A DNA stretch of 64,000 bases from Mytilus trossulus (lineage: Eukaryota): assembly GCF_036588685.1 (NCBI RefSeq), contig NW_026963290.1, positions 7,626,001 through 7,690,000 of the forward strand, read 5' to 3'. Positions 25,107 through 37,534 of the stretch are shown here, in pieces (within the stretch, counting starts at the first letter, position 1; the number at the start of each line of letters is the position of its first letter). A program made the translations under genes and the position numbers. Under the pieces are notes generated by a model. The model was given only the letters and a program-made list of their open reading frames with translations. It had not been told where the DNA came from and searched no databases.

Positions 25107-26054
25107 TCGAATTAAAAAGGTTGAGAATGTCAAATAAAGATAAAGTTAAAGAGCATTGAGGACCAAATATTTTATAAGATTTGCCAGCTGAAGGACGCCT
25201 CCGGGTGCGGGAATTTCTCGCTGCATTGAAGACCTGTCTGGTTGGGTTGTTGTCTCTTTGACACCTTCACCATATCCATTTTCCATTTTTTTTTCTAATT
25301 TATTTAAGGTTGTCCATTATTCCTATGGTAGAAAATCATTATTATTCTAAAACAATTTAATTTTGGATGTAACGCGTCTTCTGATTTGCTGACGTTATTT
25401 TGTTATCAGCCCAAAGACATAATTTAGTCATGTAACGGTTTTTCATGGTTTTCTACGGTTAAAAATGGAATTTAAACTTAAATTATAAGAAATGACTGTA
25501 ATATTTTTTTTCTGTCTATTAGGCTGATGAAATACCAGTGTTCGAAATTGTATAATAATACATGTATAAACATAGCTACTCAGTGGCGTATTAAAAACAG
25601 GTTCAAAAACAATGTTTTTACATAAGAGGTGTAAGATCATATTAGTATTAAAAAAATAATGGTAAAAAACATAGATAGATATACACAATGCAATATTTAC
25701 ATATATCATAAGAACATAAATAGATATTAATTCCATTCTTAAAAGAGTTATGAGAGACAAACATAACAGTTTTACAGTAGTAATTTTGTGGCCTTTTATA
25801 GCTTGCTGTTCCGTATGAACCAAGTCTCCATGTTCACGACCTATAAGCATGGTTCTAATAAGTCAAATGAGATGTTTGCATTAATGTGAGTGTGGATGTA
25901 CTTTGTCGTTATTAATGTGACATTTTAAAATTGTATAAGATGATTAAAACATTACGTACTGTTACATATGAAGTAATATGTAATGTATCTGGTTACACGT
26001 AGGAGTTAAAGTAAAAATAAATTATTTACATAAATTAATAAAAATAAAACACTG

Positions 26055-26172
26055 GTTATCTCCATGCACTCTGGATTCCTCCACCAATAAAAACTGACCG
26101 ACACGACATTGCACAATAGTGTTGAAATGGCGTTAAACACCAATCAATTAATCAATCAAACCAATCAATCAA
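26055..26172 (+). mobile_element. 3' end of a SINE/LINE with (CAAT)n tail
   Basis: ttcctccaccaataaaaactgaccgacacgac...gttgaaatggcgttaaacac followed by caatcaat repeats, a typical LINE-derived SINE tail. Confidence 0.65.
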
Positions 26173-26198
26173 AGATATGAAACACTAGATGAGAGGTT

Positions 26199-27673
26199 GA
26201 TAGAGTATATTGTTACCCCAAGAACATATTGTTAACTCTTCAATGTCTTAAAATGTGTAACTAATGATAGAGCATGTTGTTACCCCAAGAACATATTGTC
26301 AACTCTTCAATGTCTTAAAATGCGTTACTAATGATAGGGTATATTGTTACCCCAAGAACATATTGTCAACTCTTCGATGTTTTAAAATGTGTTACTAATG
26401 ATAGAGTATATTGTTACCCCAAGAACATATTGTCAACTCTTCAATGTCTTAAAATGTGTTACTAATGATAGAGCATATTGTTACCCCAAGAACATATTGT
26501 CAACTCTTCGATGTTTTAAAATGTGTTACTAATGATAGAGTATATTGTTACCCCAAGAACATATTGTCAACTCTTCAATATCTTAAAATGTGTTACTAAT
26601 GATAGAGCATATTGTTACCCCAAGAACATATTGTCAACTCTTCGATGTTTTAAAATGTGTTACTAATGATAGAGTATATTGTTACCCCAAGAACATATTG
26701 TCAACTCTTCGATGTTTTAAAATGTGTTACTAATGATAGAGCATATTGTTACCCCAAGAACATATTGTCAACTCTTCGATGTTTTAAAATGTGTTACTAA
26801 TGATAGAGCATATTGTTACCCCAAGAACATATTGTCAACTCTTCAATGTCTTGAAATGTGTTACTAATGATAGAGCATGTTGTTACCCCAAGAACATATT
26901 GTCAACTCTTCAATGTCTTAAAATGCGTTACTAATGATAGGGTATATTGTTACCCCAAGAACATATTGTCAACTCTTCGATGTTTTAAAATGTGTTACTA
27001 ATGATAGAGTATATTGTTACCCCAAGAACATATTGTCAACTCTTCAATGTCTTAAAATGTGTTACTAATGATAGAGCATATTGTTACCCCAAGAACATAT
27101 TGTCAACTCTTCGATGTTTTAAAATGTGTTACTAATGATAGAGTATATTGTTACCCCAAGAACATATTGTCAACTCTTTAATATCTTAAAATGTGTTACT
27201 AATGATAGAGCATATTGTTACCCCAAGAACATATTGTCAACTCTTCGATGTTTTAAAATGTGTTACTAATGATAGAGTATATTGTTACCCCAAGAACATA
27301 TTGTCAACTCTTCAATGTCTTAAAATGTGTTACTAATGATAGAGCATATTGTTACCCCAAGAACATATTGTCAACTCTTCGATGTTTTAAAATGTGTTAC
27401 TAATGATAGAGTATATTGTTACCCCAAGAACATATTGTCAACTCTTCAATGTCTTAAAATGTGTTACTAATAATAGAGCATATTGTTACCCAAAAGAACA
27501 TATTGTCAACTCTTCAATGTCTTAAAATGTGTTACTAATGATAGAGCATATTGCTACCCCAAGAACATATTGTCTATCTTCAATGTCTTAAAATGTGTTA
27601 CTAATGATAGAGCATATTGCTACCCCAAGAACAAATTGTCAACTCTTAAATATCTGAAAATGTGTTTCTAATG
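26199..27673. repeat. 67-bp satellite/minisatellite array, ~22 copies
   Basis: Unit atgatagag(c/t)atattgttaccccaagaacatattgtcaactcttc(a/g)atgt(c/t)ttaaaatgtgttacta; period 67 verified (26281 to 26348). Confidence 0.97.
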
Positions 27674-29571
27674 CTGCATTTGTGTGGTACATTCTTTTAT
27701 AATGTCTATTAAATCAAAAGGAATATAAGACTTAATAGGTCAAGTATATTTCAAGATTTTTACATCCCAAAAAGACTTTTGACAACTTGCCGATTGACGA
27801 GGATTTTTTTTTAAACTCCAATAGTAAAACCCATGTATTTTTAATCGAATACTAAATAGGCTATTTATCATCAAATTTTGCAATGCAAACTAATACTACT
27901 TGTGTTTTTGTAACTTGAAGCTTATATTAGCCACCCTGCAGTGGTTCTCAATTGTCTCTTGGAGAATTAATTAACCCTCTTAAATCACTCCTGCGGTGCA
28001 ATATCTGACAAAACATCTGGTTTTTAAGAGGAAAATTGTGACATTTAATCTGACATGAAACACATTAATACAAATATATCAAATTTTCAATAAATAAATT
28101 CGCTATTCTGTTGATTGGGTTTTAAAAGAGCAAATTGAATGTTTTAATAATTAAGGAGAATCAATTATTGCTACAGAAACTATGATATATGACTTCTATT
28201 AAAGGTTAATAATGCATTGCTTGTCGTGTTAGCTAACTTAAGTTGATAGCAACTCAACACAGATTTAGATTAATATTGATATTTTTAATATCAGAATTTG
28301 ATCCATTGTATAGAAGATATTCGCTTCAAAAGTATCAACTTTCATTTGGCACTGAGGCGCAGTACTTGCTCTTTCATTATATCGTTTCAAATTTTTCAGA
28401 CGACATTTAATAAATTATATAGAAATGTGATATGAGTGCTAATAAGACAACTCTCCATCTAAGTCACGGAAATATAAACACTAAACGTTGCTTTGCAAAA
28501 CATCGTATGGATAAATAATTCTTATATGATAATACTTGAATTGGTTTGGTCAATACTAAATTTTCTCTTGGTTTACACTTCGATAAACCATGTTTCCGAA
28601 ACTTTCGTAATCTATTCATGCACGATACACGTTATTGCAGGGATACTGGCTCCTGTTTAATAAATGGATAGTGGTGACAAAGTAACACTTATTCAGCCTA
28701 ACACTTATTGTGTTACTTTTATAATAATAGGAATTCGTGAGTCGAAAAATAGAAAATTTCAAATGTATTTAGAAATAATATACATATTCATGAATAATAA
28801 CACTTAATTAAACGTAGTACAAACAGATGCCACCGAAGTAGGATGAATTGTGCCGGAGTGCCTGTTAAGTGTCCACTAATTTTTATAAGGTCGTTATCTT
28901 TTAAAATTAAAAAAAAAAAAAAATTAAAAAAAAATGTAATTGATGAGCCAGAAAAGGAGAAATACTTTGTAGACGATTCTATGTTGATTTATACTTTACA
29001 CGTGTTGTCTGTCTTGTGAGGTTTCATATGGCGTATCAGTTTTGTTCCGTCCTCTTATTTATTGTTTATTCTATAAATATAAATGAAGGGAATTATTGAA
29101 ATCTTTGAAGTGATAGCAATGATGTTGCTTATCTTTTTCGATATCCTGCATTCTATCGTTTATTTCCTTTCAATCGGGAGAAATGTGATCAAAATAATCC
29201 CACACAGAGCTTTCTGGTACCCCTTTATAACTCTTATGAGTAAATCAATTCAAATATATATATCCCTCTTGTAAGCAATAAAAGGGTTCACGTCAATTTT
29301 TTCAATGAAGTACGAACATCGCGTGTAACGTCGAACCATTTTAAAGAATTTATGATGACGATTTATGCTGGCCACATTATAAATCTCAGGATAAAATCAG
29401 CGGATTTTAAAACATTATTTTTGGCTTTTAACTAGCTGTCAATAACTACGTGGAGTACATATAAGACAGCTTATTAGATTAAAAAGACAATTTTGTTAGT
29501 TTATAATTTATCTTATGCTGGTGCAAATGAGATATACCACCCATTCGGGCCGCCTTCATTTGTTTACCTAA

Positions 29572-30566
29572 TGCGGGATTCACACACTGCCGATTATTGC
29601 TCCCGTTCGAGATCAGACAGCGATTCGGAACGATAAGTGAAAAAGTCGGATTACTATCCTCAATTATCTGGAATTTCCTATTATTGTCTGAACGAAGTCG
29701 TTTAAGTTCGTAACAGATTCATACGGGTCGGGAAGGGTCATAATAGTTCGGCGAAGCACCCCAACAGTTAGGTGCATCCCGTAACATTCGGGGAAACTCA
29801 TGCAGCCGATTTAGTCTAGTCGGATTACAATCGTGCCTATGTCGTGACAAATTCTGCTGTATCGGATCAAAATCCTAACAATGTTCTGTGTATTCTGGAC
29901 GGTGTCCTGTGGAACAGGAATGATCTGGAGAAATTTTGCATTTCTGTTTTTCAACTGATTGAGTCCAGATTGCAGCCAGATATTGTGAGGATTGCGAACC
30001 GTTTTTGCCGAAACCGTTCCGGAGCTGTCCCGTTATTAATACTAAATTCGTCAATAATACCCACGTCAGAGTCCCGACAATTACAGAATACAATACGACT
30101 GAGACCAGATAAAGGGGCTTAGCCGGTTGCAAGGCGATAGAGCGGACTTGTTCCGACAGTACCTGCTCATCCCGATTATGCCGACAGTTTTCGAACGGAC
30201 AACTTCCGTCAGCGTCGGTTCACTGCCTGGTCACTGTCTGATCTCTGTCGGATTACATTTGGTAGAATCGGGACACAGTCGTAACAGACTCTGTCGAATT
30301 TTACCTGGCGAAAGATACAAATTCGATTAGTAGCGGATTGAGAACGGGATTATCATTATAAATTCGCTTGGAAACGGTTGAATATCGACGCTTCCTGAAC
30401 AATATCTGATTGTTGTCGTGATTAAATTATTTGTTTTACAAATTCTAACTAAAGTTTGAATTTCCATCCACGATTCACAGGATCTTGATCAGACTTTTGA
30501 CAAATTTTAATTTGGAATGGTCCTGTCAAGGACGGTTGTAAAAATCGTGAATGTGTGACCTCGGCT
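29572..30566. mobile_element. GC/CpG-rich ~1-kb non-autonomous PIF/Harbinger-like element
   Basis: Abrupt GC-rich island with imperfect TIRs (tgcgggattcacacactgccgatt vs agccgaggtcacacattcacgatt, 16/24), flanked by TAA and TTA trinucleotides. Interior is dense in tcgg/ccga motifs. No transposase is recognisable. Confidence 0.7.
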
Positions 30567-31543
30567 TTATATAAAGTATTGATTTAATCTAAATATATAT
30601 AAGCTATGGTAACATCAACAGAAATAAAATAGTCACTTTGAGTATTTTTTTAAAATATTTTTTGCTTTCTTGTGTTGTTCTATCAAATTTTTCTCCCTCT
30701 GAAATTGAGACAAAAGGGGTCAGATTACTTTCTTTATTGGCAACTTTACTTGAGTGCGTCATTTTTTTCTGAGTGAAGCTGTGTTGGCTTACTGTCCCAT
30801 TACACACACCCTATCTGTTATCCATATTGTCATATAAACATTAGAATATGTGGTATGAGTGTCTATGAGACACTTCTCTACCAGAGACCAAATGACACAG
30901 AAATTACTACAGGTCACTGTACGGACTTCAACAACGATTAAAACCCATCCTGTCACCTTACAAATAGTATAATCAGCTAAAAAGAAATCCTGAAATGACA
31001 ATTATAAAAGAATACAACGTGAAGACTAACGGTATGATTTATGTGTAGAACAATGAAAGAAGAACTAATATCATATACAGGAACAAACGACAACCGCTGA
31101 ATAACTTATAGTGGTTTGTTGCTGTATATACTATTATTTTTTTCTTTCATTTTTCTGAACATCAATCAAACCGCTAGCCTTTTGTTATCGTCTTACAGTC
31201 TCCAGACTTGTGATTGGCACATACATAATGTTGCGGTGTGGAATTTGTTTGTTGGCGCAGACCTTGGGAAAGTGCTGTTACAGTAAGAACAAACTACAAA
31301 ATTCAATTGAAAAGGGCTCAACTCAGCAGATCGACACAAAGGCCCCGAACTGACAATGTAAATCAATTCAAACGAGAAAACTAACGGCCTAATTTTGTAC
31401 AAAAAACAGTACGAAAAACCAATATGTAACACATAAACAAACGACAACCACTGAATTACAGGCTCCTGACTTGGGACAGGCATATACACACATAATTCAT
31501 TCAAAATATATCTTTTGAAATTATAAGATATCTTATACATGTA

Positions 31544-32176
31544 ACGTAAGGGTACCCAAATTGCACCGAGTACCCAAATTGCACCTATTTAGAAAAAATA
31601 GCAATAAAAAATCTTACAAGATTTCCTAGAGACTAAACAAGTTGTATTTTTATGATTTGATACTATGCCCGTCTTTCAACATAGGTAAACATATTTAGTT
31701 ATACACAAAACGTTCACAGTATTTATCAACAGATGGACTGTTTACTGAAAAAAACAAAATGTACGAAAACGTCACCATGCGACGTCATCAAAACGTCATC
31801 TTTTTAAAATTGGCAAATACAATATATTATAAGTATCCATTTCGTAAAATATGAATAGTAAGCATGGACAAATATCCAATTGTTCAAAATATTTGAAGAA
31901 ATTAAACAAAAGCTCGGCTATAAGACTTTTGATGATGTAAATTTAAGCATGGATGCAATTTGGGTACTCCTCATTACAGAATCATGGATAGTTTGGAGGT
32001 TGATTCAAACCCATTTTTTAATGACTCAATATGGACTAAAAATTAAATTGGTGTACCTATATGACAAAGAAGGATAGGGCTACAAAATAAACACAGTATG
32101 GACATTTTTTTCCTGATCATAAAAAAACGTAGGTGAAAAAACTGTCAAAATAGGTGCAATTTGGGTACCGTCACGT
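31544..32176. mobile_element. Tc1/mariner-pogo-type MITE (TA TSD, ACGT termini)
   Basis: ta|acgtaagggtacccaaattgcacc ... ggtgcaatttgggtaccgtcacgt|ta: 24-bp TIR with 2 mismatches. Extra internal copies of gtacccaaattgca at ~31570 and ~31954. Confidence 0.85.
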
Positions 32177-32321
32177 TAATCATTATTCGGTACTAATTTG
32201 GTTTGAAATGTTTCTGACAAATTTAATAAGGTGTCTTATAAAATTTATAACACACTAACTTAAAAAGTTTATAACCCATCTTATAAAGTGTATATGATAT
32301 TTCATCAACATCAAATAAGAT

Positions 32322-32478
32322 AAGATATTTCATAAAGAATTCAAGATATTTCATAAAGAATTCAAGATATTTCATAAAGAATTCAAGATATTTCATAAAG
32401 AATTAAAGATATTTCATAAAGAATTAAATATATTTCATAAAGAATTAAAGATATTTCATAAAGAATTCAAGATATTTC
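32322..32478. repeat. 21-bp tandem repeat, ~7.5 copies
   Basis: aagatatttcataaagaatt(c/a) repeated. Confidence 0.95.
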
Positions 32479-34249
32479 GTATACTTTGTAAGATATCTTA
32501 ATATTGGATAGTTACAAAGGTCTTGTCGTATAAAGCCATTGACTGTTCTTCTGGTATCCTTCGCACCTTTCTTCTATCAAAGGTAAGAAGTCAATTACAG
32601 CAGATGCCATCTTGGTGAAAATGATATTATGTGTTTATTTACAGCCAATCATATGCATGAAAATTTTATTACAAAGATTCCTGATTTTTATTACTTTAGA
32701 TTATGGTGTACACAAGCAAAAGCATGTACCAAGTCAGGAATATGACAGTTGTTAGTTGTTTTCCATTTGTTTGATGAGTTTGAGCTTTTGATTTTGCCAT
32801 TTGATTAGAGAGTTACCGTACTTTTCATATTGCATAAAAGAGGGCTTATATGTAAAAATAACAAGATATGGTATTGTGACAATGAAAAAGATATCCACCA
32901 AAGATCAAAGAACAAGTATTTTAACAATTAAAGGGCACTGTGCATTCTTCAATAGTAAGCAAAACCAATACCGTATTATGAGTTATAAAAAAACTTAAAG
33001 ACTTGTTTCTTGTTTCAACGATTAAATTAAACAGTTAGGTTGTAAATTTCTTAGTAGATGTGTAAATAGAAATAGGAAGATGTGGTGTGAGTGCCAATGA
33101 GACAACTCTCCATCCAAGTAACAATTTAAAAAGTAAACCATTATAGGTTAAAGTACGGCCTTCAACGCGGAGCCTTGGCTCACACCGAACAACAAGCTAT
33201 AAAAGGGCACAAAATTAATAGTGTAAAACCATTCAAACGGGAAAACCAACGGTCTAATAATCTATTATCGTTAACGACCTATTGGAAAAAAATATACCAA
33301 TCCAATAAAACTGTCCAATTTAGTGTATATAGTTCAAGAAACTAGAACATTAATTGAGTTATATTAATAATTGATACTGTAACTGTAACGTTGATGGTCA
33401 ACACGAAATTTTCGACTAATTAGACATGTCAGGGCTTAAATCAAAGAAATACGGAAGAAAACAAGTTGTTTACTTTTTGATAAAAATAAAAACAAGCTCA
33501 GGATGTTACGGGTAGTGCAGAAAGGGAAAGGCGGATGAGTAAGAACACGTCACATAGACAACGGCTATCTCATGACAAGTGATTGTGTCAAGTCTCGAAA
33601 GGCAACAGCTAGACATATCTGTTTCAAAGCAAAAGAATAATTTAAACAAAAAATCTGCCTTGAATGTAATATTTTTAACAAATTGTTTCATTTCAAATTA
33701 TCTTTTAGTCTTATAAAAAAAAGAAGATGTGGTACGATTGCCAATGAGACAACTATCCACAAAGGACCAAAATGACACAGACATTAACAACTATAGGTCA
33801 TCGTTCGGCCTTCAACAATAAGCAAAGCCCATACCGCATAGTCAGCTATAAAAGGCCCCGATAAGACAATGTAAAACAATCAAACGAGAAAACTAACAGC
33901 CTCATGTATGTAAAAATAAATGAACGAAAAACAAATATGTAACACATAAACAAATAACAACCAATGAATTACAGGCACCTGAGTCCTGACTTGGGACAAG
34001 CATATACATAAATAATGTGGCAGAATATGTTAGCGGGATCACAGTACATACTACAGAATAAAAAACGAACTATAAAAATCAGTTGAAAAAGGTTCAACTC
34101 ATTAGATAGACAAAAATACAAGTTGATTTGTTTTTTAATTTTAGTTTATTTGAGTTTAGTGTGACGTCGATTGTCACTGAATTAGTACACAATTTCATTT
34201 AGAGGCCAGCTGAGGACAACCTCTGGTTGTGGGATTTTCTCGCTGCGTT

Positions 34250-34429
34250 TTTTTAAACATATTTATTTATAGTGGATTGGGAAACAAGTTTTGCAACTTA
34301 TATTAATCCCTTTCCACTTTGCGGGTGCGAGTTCTGCCTTGTAGCGGCATTAGTCTACTCTTTTTCGAAATCTACAAGGGTGTCTTTTACGTGCTCTCTC
34401 TTAACACGGATCAGCCATTTATCGTTCCC
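34250..34429 (-). mobile_element. 5'-truncated SINE (Meta-domain-like) with A-tail and 13-bp TSD, nested in a family B repeat
   Basis: TSD ttctcgctgcgtt at 34237-34249 and 34430-34442. The minus strand reads gggaacgataaatgg...ccgtgtt...gcacgtaaaagacaccc...aataaatatgtttaaaaa. Confidence 0.75.
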
Positions 34430-35849
34430 TTCTCGCTGCGTTGAAGACCAATCATTGTACTTCGGCTATTGTCTGCTCTTGATCGGGTGGTAGTCTTTGT
34501 GGCATATTCCCCATTTCCATTTACAATTTTATTTTAATTTTCATTACATTTTTCATTTTGAAGAATCTTTGTGTAGCCACAGTATGACATTCCTTTTCTA
34601 TATAAAAATTGGGAATAGAAATTGGGAACGTTTCAAAGAGACAACAACCCGACCATAGAGCAGACAACAGCAGAAGGTCACCAACAGGTCTTGAATGCAG
34701 CGAGAAATTCCCGCACACGGAGTCGTTCTTCAGCTGGCCCCTAGACAAATACATATACTAGTTCAGTGGTAATGAACGCCATACTTTACTCCAAATTGTA
34801 CACATAAAATAATACAAGACTAACAAAGGCCAGATATATGCATACATGTCTTCGATGATTATGATAAAAGTGATAAAACAGGACCTCCTTAATTCCATGA
34901 CATTAAAACTATAATCAAAAAGTAACATGTTATAGAACCCAAACCTGTCAACTACGATATCAATTAATTTTCTAAAATTAAATTTTCCAATTCGCAATGC
35001 TTTCATTTCCGGTTAAGAATGATCACTATTGCTATTGAGGAGATCTAACGACCGATTTAATAAACTATTTATACCTTATAGCAACATAATTAATTTAAAT
35101 AGCGCATTTAAAATATTTAGTTTCACTAAAGAGAACTTCGTTGGAAATAATTATTGGGGGGGACAAACTAGCGTATGAGACGTATGATGTCGATTTACTA
35201 TACAATACTTAAAAAGTAAATACTAACAAGTTTTAGGAGTACAAAATATAGTTTCAATTGGCTATACGAACAGTCATAATTTTCAGGGGTACACGCTTTG
35301 GTGTCAATTAGCTATACAAAACCTAAAAGTAAACATTACTAAGTCTGCATCAGTGAACAAAATAGGTAAACAATTAAAAATCTAATTTTTTGAGAACCAA
35401 CCCGGATGCTTTTTTTGACTAACTCTTAAAAAAATGAATCAATATAAAATTGAAAATGCATAAAATACATTATTAAAATGTTAATGATAGACAAGAGGTT
35501 TGTTGGTGAGAATAAGCACCTGGTAACGTGTGACATTACGGGATTGAGTTTCCCACAAAATCAGCACAAAGACATCGTATTATCTAAAGATTCCCACGGC
35601 AGCAGATCTCTATTTTGCCTTACGTTAGTCGCGTGTCACTTTCTGTATTTTATTGCATGTTTCTGTTAAATGTTGGTTGATAATTGTACTGATGAAAGAA
35701 CAATGTTTGCTCGATAAAACATCAATAAAGATTGAAACACAACTTTTTTATACTTAATGTTAATCTTTTAAATCCTTTAACTTAATGCACAATTTCCAAG
35801 AACCATTTAATTGCAGTTTTATAAGATTTAATCAAAAGGAATATGGAAA

Positions 35850-35975
35850 AGAAAGGCAATGTATGTGTAGCTCTCGTAGTTATTCATCTTAAGATATAAA
35901 ACCGCGGGTCGTAGAAAAGCAATGTATGTGTAGCTCTCGTAGTTATTCATCTTAAGATATAAAACCGCTGGTCGT
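35850..35975. repeat. 63-bp tandem duplication
   Basis: agaaa(g/a)gcaatgtatgtgtagctctcgtagttattcatcttaagatataaaaccgc(g/t)ggtcgt x2. Confidence 0.93.
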
Positions 35976-37534
35976 TTCCTCAGACACAGAACTGTAACCA
36001 ATCACCAGACCTCTGATTAGATATACAGTACATCATTACATGTTGCCTAGTGTTACAACATTTTTTATTCATTAAGTAGTTTTATCTTATGTTGCTGCAA
36101 ATATTCAACAGTTTTTAAAATGTCTGTTTAATAGAAATCTCACCACACTTTAAAAGCAAATTTTTTTGGGTGTTTAGCATGTTTAGTTGTTATGTTTTAT
36201 AAACAATTAAACAACATGTGCGTATATATACAAATCATTGGTATATATCAACTACACTTGTAACATAAGAATATCTCAGATGAAATGATGCTTCTTCTGT
36301 GGAAACCAATGATATATACGTGTATGATTGCCATGTCAAAATGTATATCACTAAATACAGGTTCGTAGTTCGATGTTAACAGAGGAATTATACATACTCT
36401 AAAAATAATATTTCTATAGTTCAACATAAAATGTAAAAAATGGAGGTCACCGTTAGAGTATTTACATGTTTGAAGTTTGAAGTATGCATTTATAGTGATG
36501 ATAAAAAGATAAAACTATATAAGGAAATAATTAAAGTTGTACTATAAAATTATAACCTTACTTATTATGCATCGATGGAAGTTTAGTAATGAAACACGTA
36601 AAAGGAGTGAGATGAAAGGGGTTTAGTGAAAAGTTCACGCTTAGTAAACTCTCTTACGAGGTTAATCTGGTTATTGAAATGATATGATCATTAGATAAAA
36701 ATTTAGAACATTCACAAAGTAATGGTCCATTATTCTGTTAACCGAAAAATATTGTTTATTATGAGGATTTTATTGCTATTTTACTAAAGTATTGAAAGAA
36801 TAAAAGGCAGTTTCTAATTGCATTGGTTTTATATCCTTTTACAGTGTATTGGTTTATTAAAGCTTCCATTTATGATTCAGAATGAATTTAAAAGGTTTTC
36901 ATATTTCAAGATTTACACATACAAAAGGAAAATTGATTGATCAATTAATGCTCAGATTTTATTAACACGTTATTATTTAATATAAAAGACTCAAATCTAT
37001 ATCCACAGACAAAATGGCCAGGTTATATTTAATAAATATTGTATTTCAGTTAAAGTTTGATTAGCTTCATTACTCATACGGGTTCTATAATGGGTATAAA
37101 TGATGAGTGTTATTGTTATTGATAAGTTGTAGTCTTCAACGTCATTAAAATATGAATATGATCGAAAAACAAATATAATAAACAATCAGTGCTTTGCATA
37201 ATTGCCTATTTAAAAAAAAGAAATCAAAGTTTGAAAACATTCTTCACCAGCAAAGATGGAGAGCAAATTGTATGGTTGCTACTACAAGGTTCAGAGTCAG
37301 TTATATCAAAACAATAAAGATTTTAGCATAGCATTTGCCAGTTTTGTAATAAATATACAAGTACAGAAATAAGACCAAAATAAATAAAAACAGTTCTTCA
37401 TTTTCAATTTATCTATTTTTTTCTATATTTAGACGAAAGAAAAAAACAGATATTCAGACAACTAAAAGTCAACAACAACAAAAATTACATTACCCAGAAA
37501 GATAAAGATTAGGCTATAGCAACCTCATACAAAT

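Larger units (their letters stand above)
29028..32720 (+). pseudogene. Toll-like receptor pseudogene 4, split by several TE insertions
   Basis: Signal-peptide-like MAYQFCSVLLFIVYSININEG from ATG 29028. LRRs IVYFLSIGRNVIKIIPHRAF, YAGHIINLRI and AAFICLPN|IK(VLDL), the last rejoined across the 29572-30566 MITE. Juxtamembrane WY/LRTFLLSKVR (~32550), TIR box 1 YYVFI-YS (~32625-32645) and box 2 FRL(C)VHK (32695-32716). Confidence 0.6.

Noticed and set aside
26199-27673. CRISPR-like array
   Set aside because: Units are contiguous 67-bp near-identical repeats with no unique spacers, there are no cas genes, and the context is eukaryotic.
29844-30330. ORFs inside the GC-rich island as a transposase or captured gene
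   Set aside because: They are short, overlap on both strands, and lack DDE or Myb-like motifs; such ORFs are expected by chance in GC-rich sequence.
32520-32590. Possible signal-peptide exon ending at the strong donor aag|gtaaga
   Set aside because: No suitable in-frame ATG, and the segment fits the juxtamembrane region of TLR pseudogene 4.
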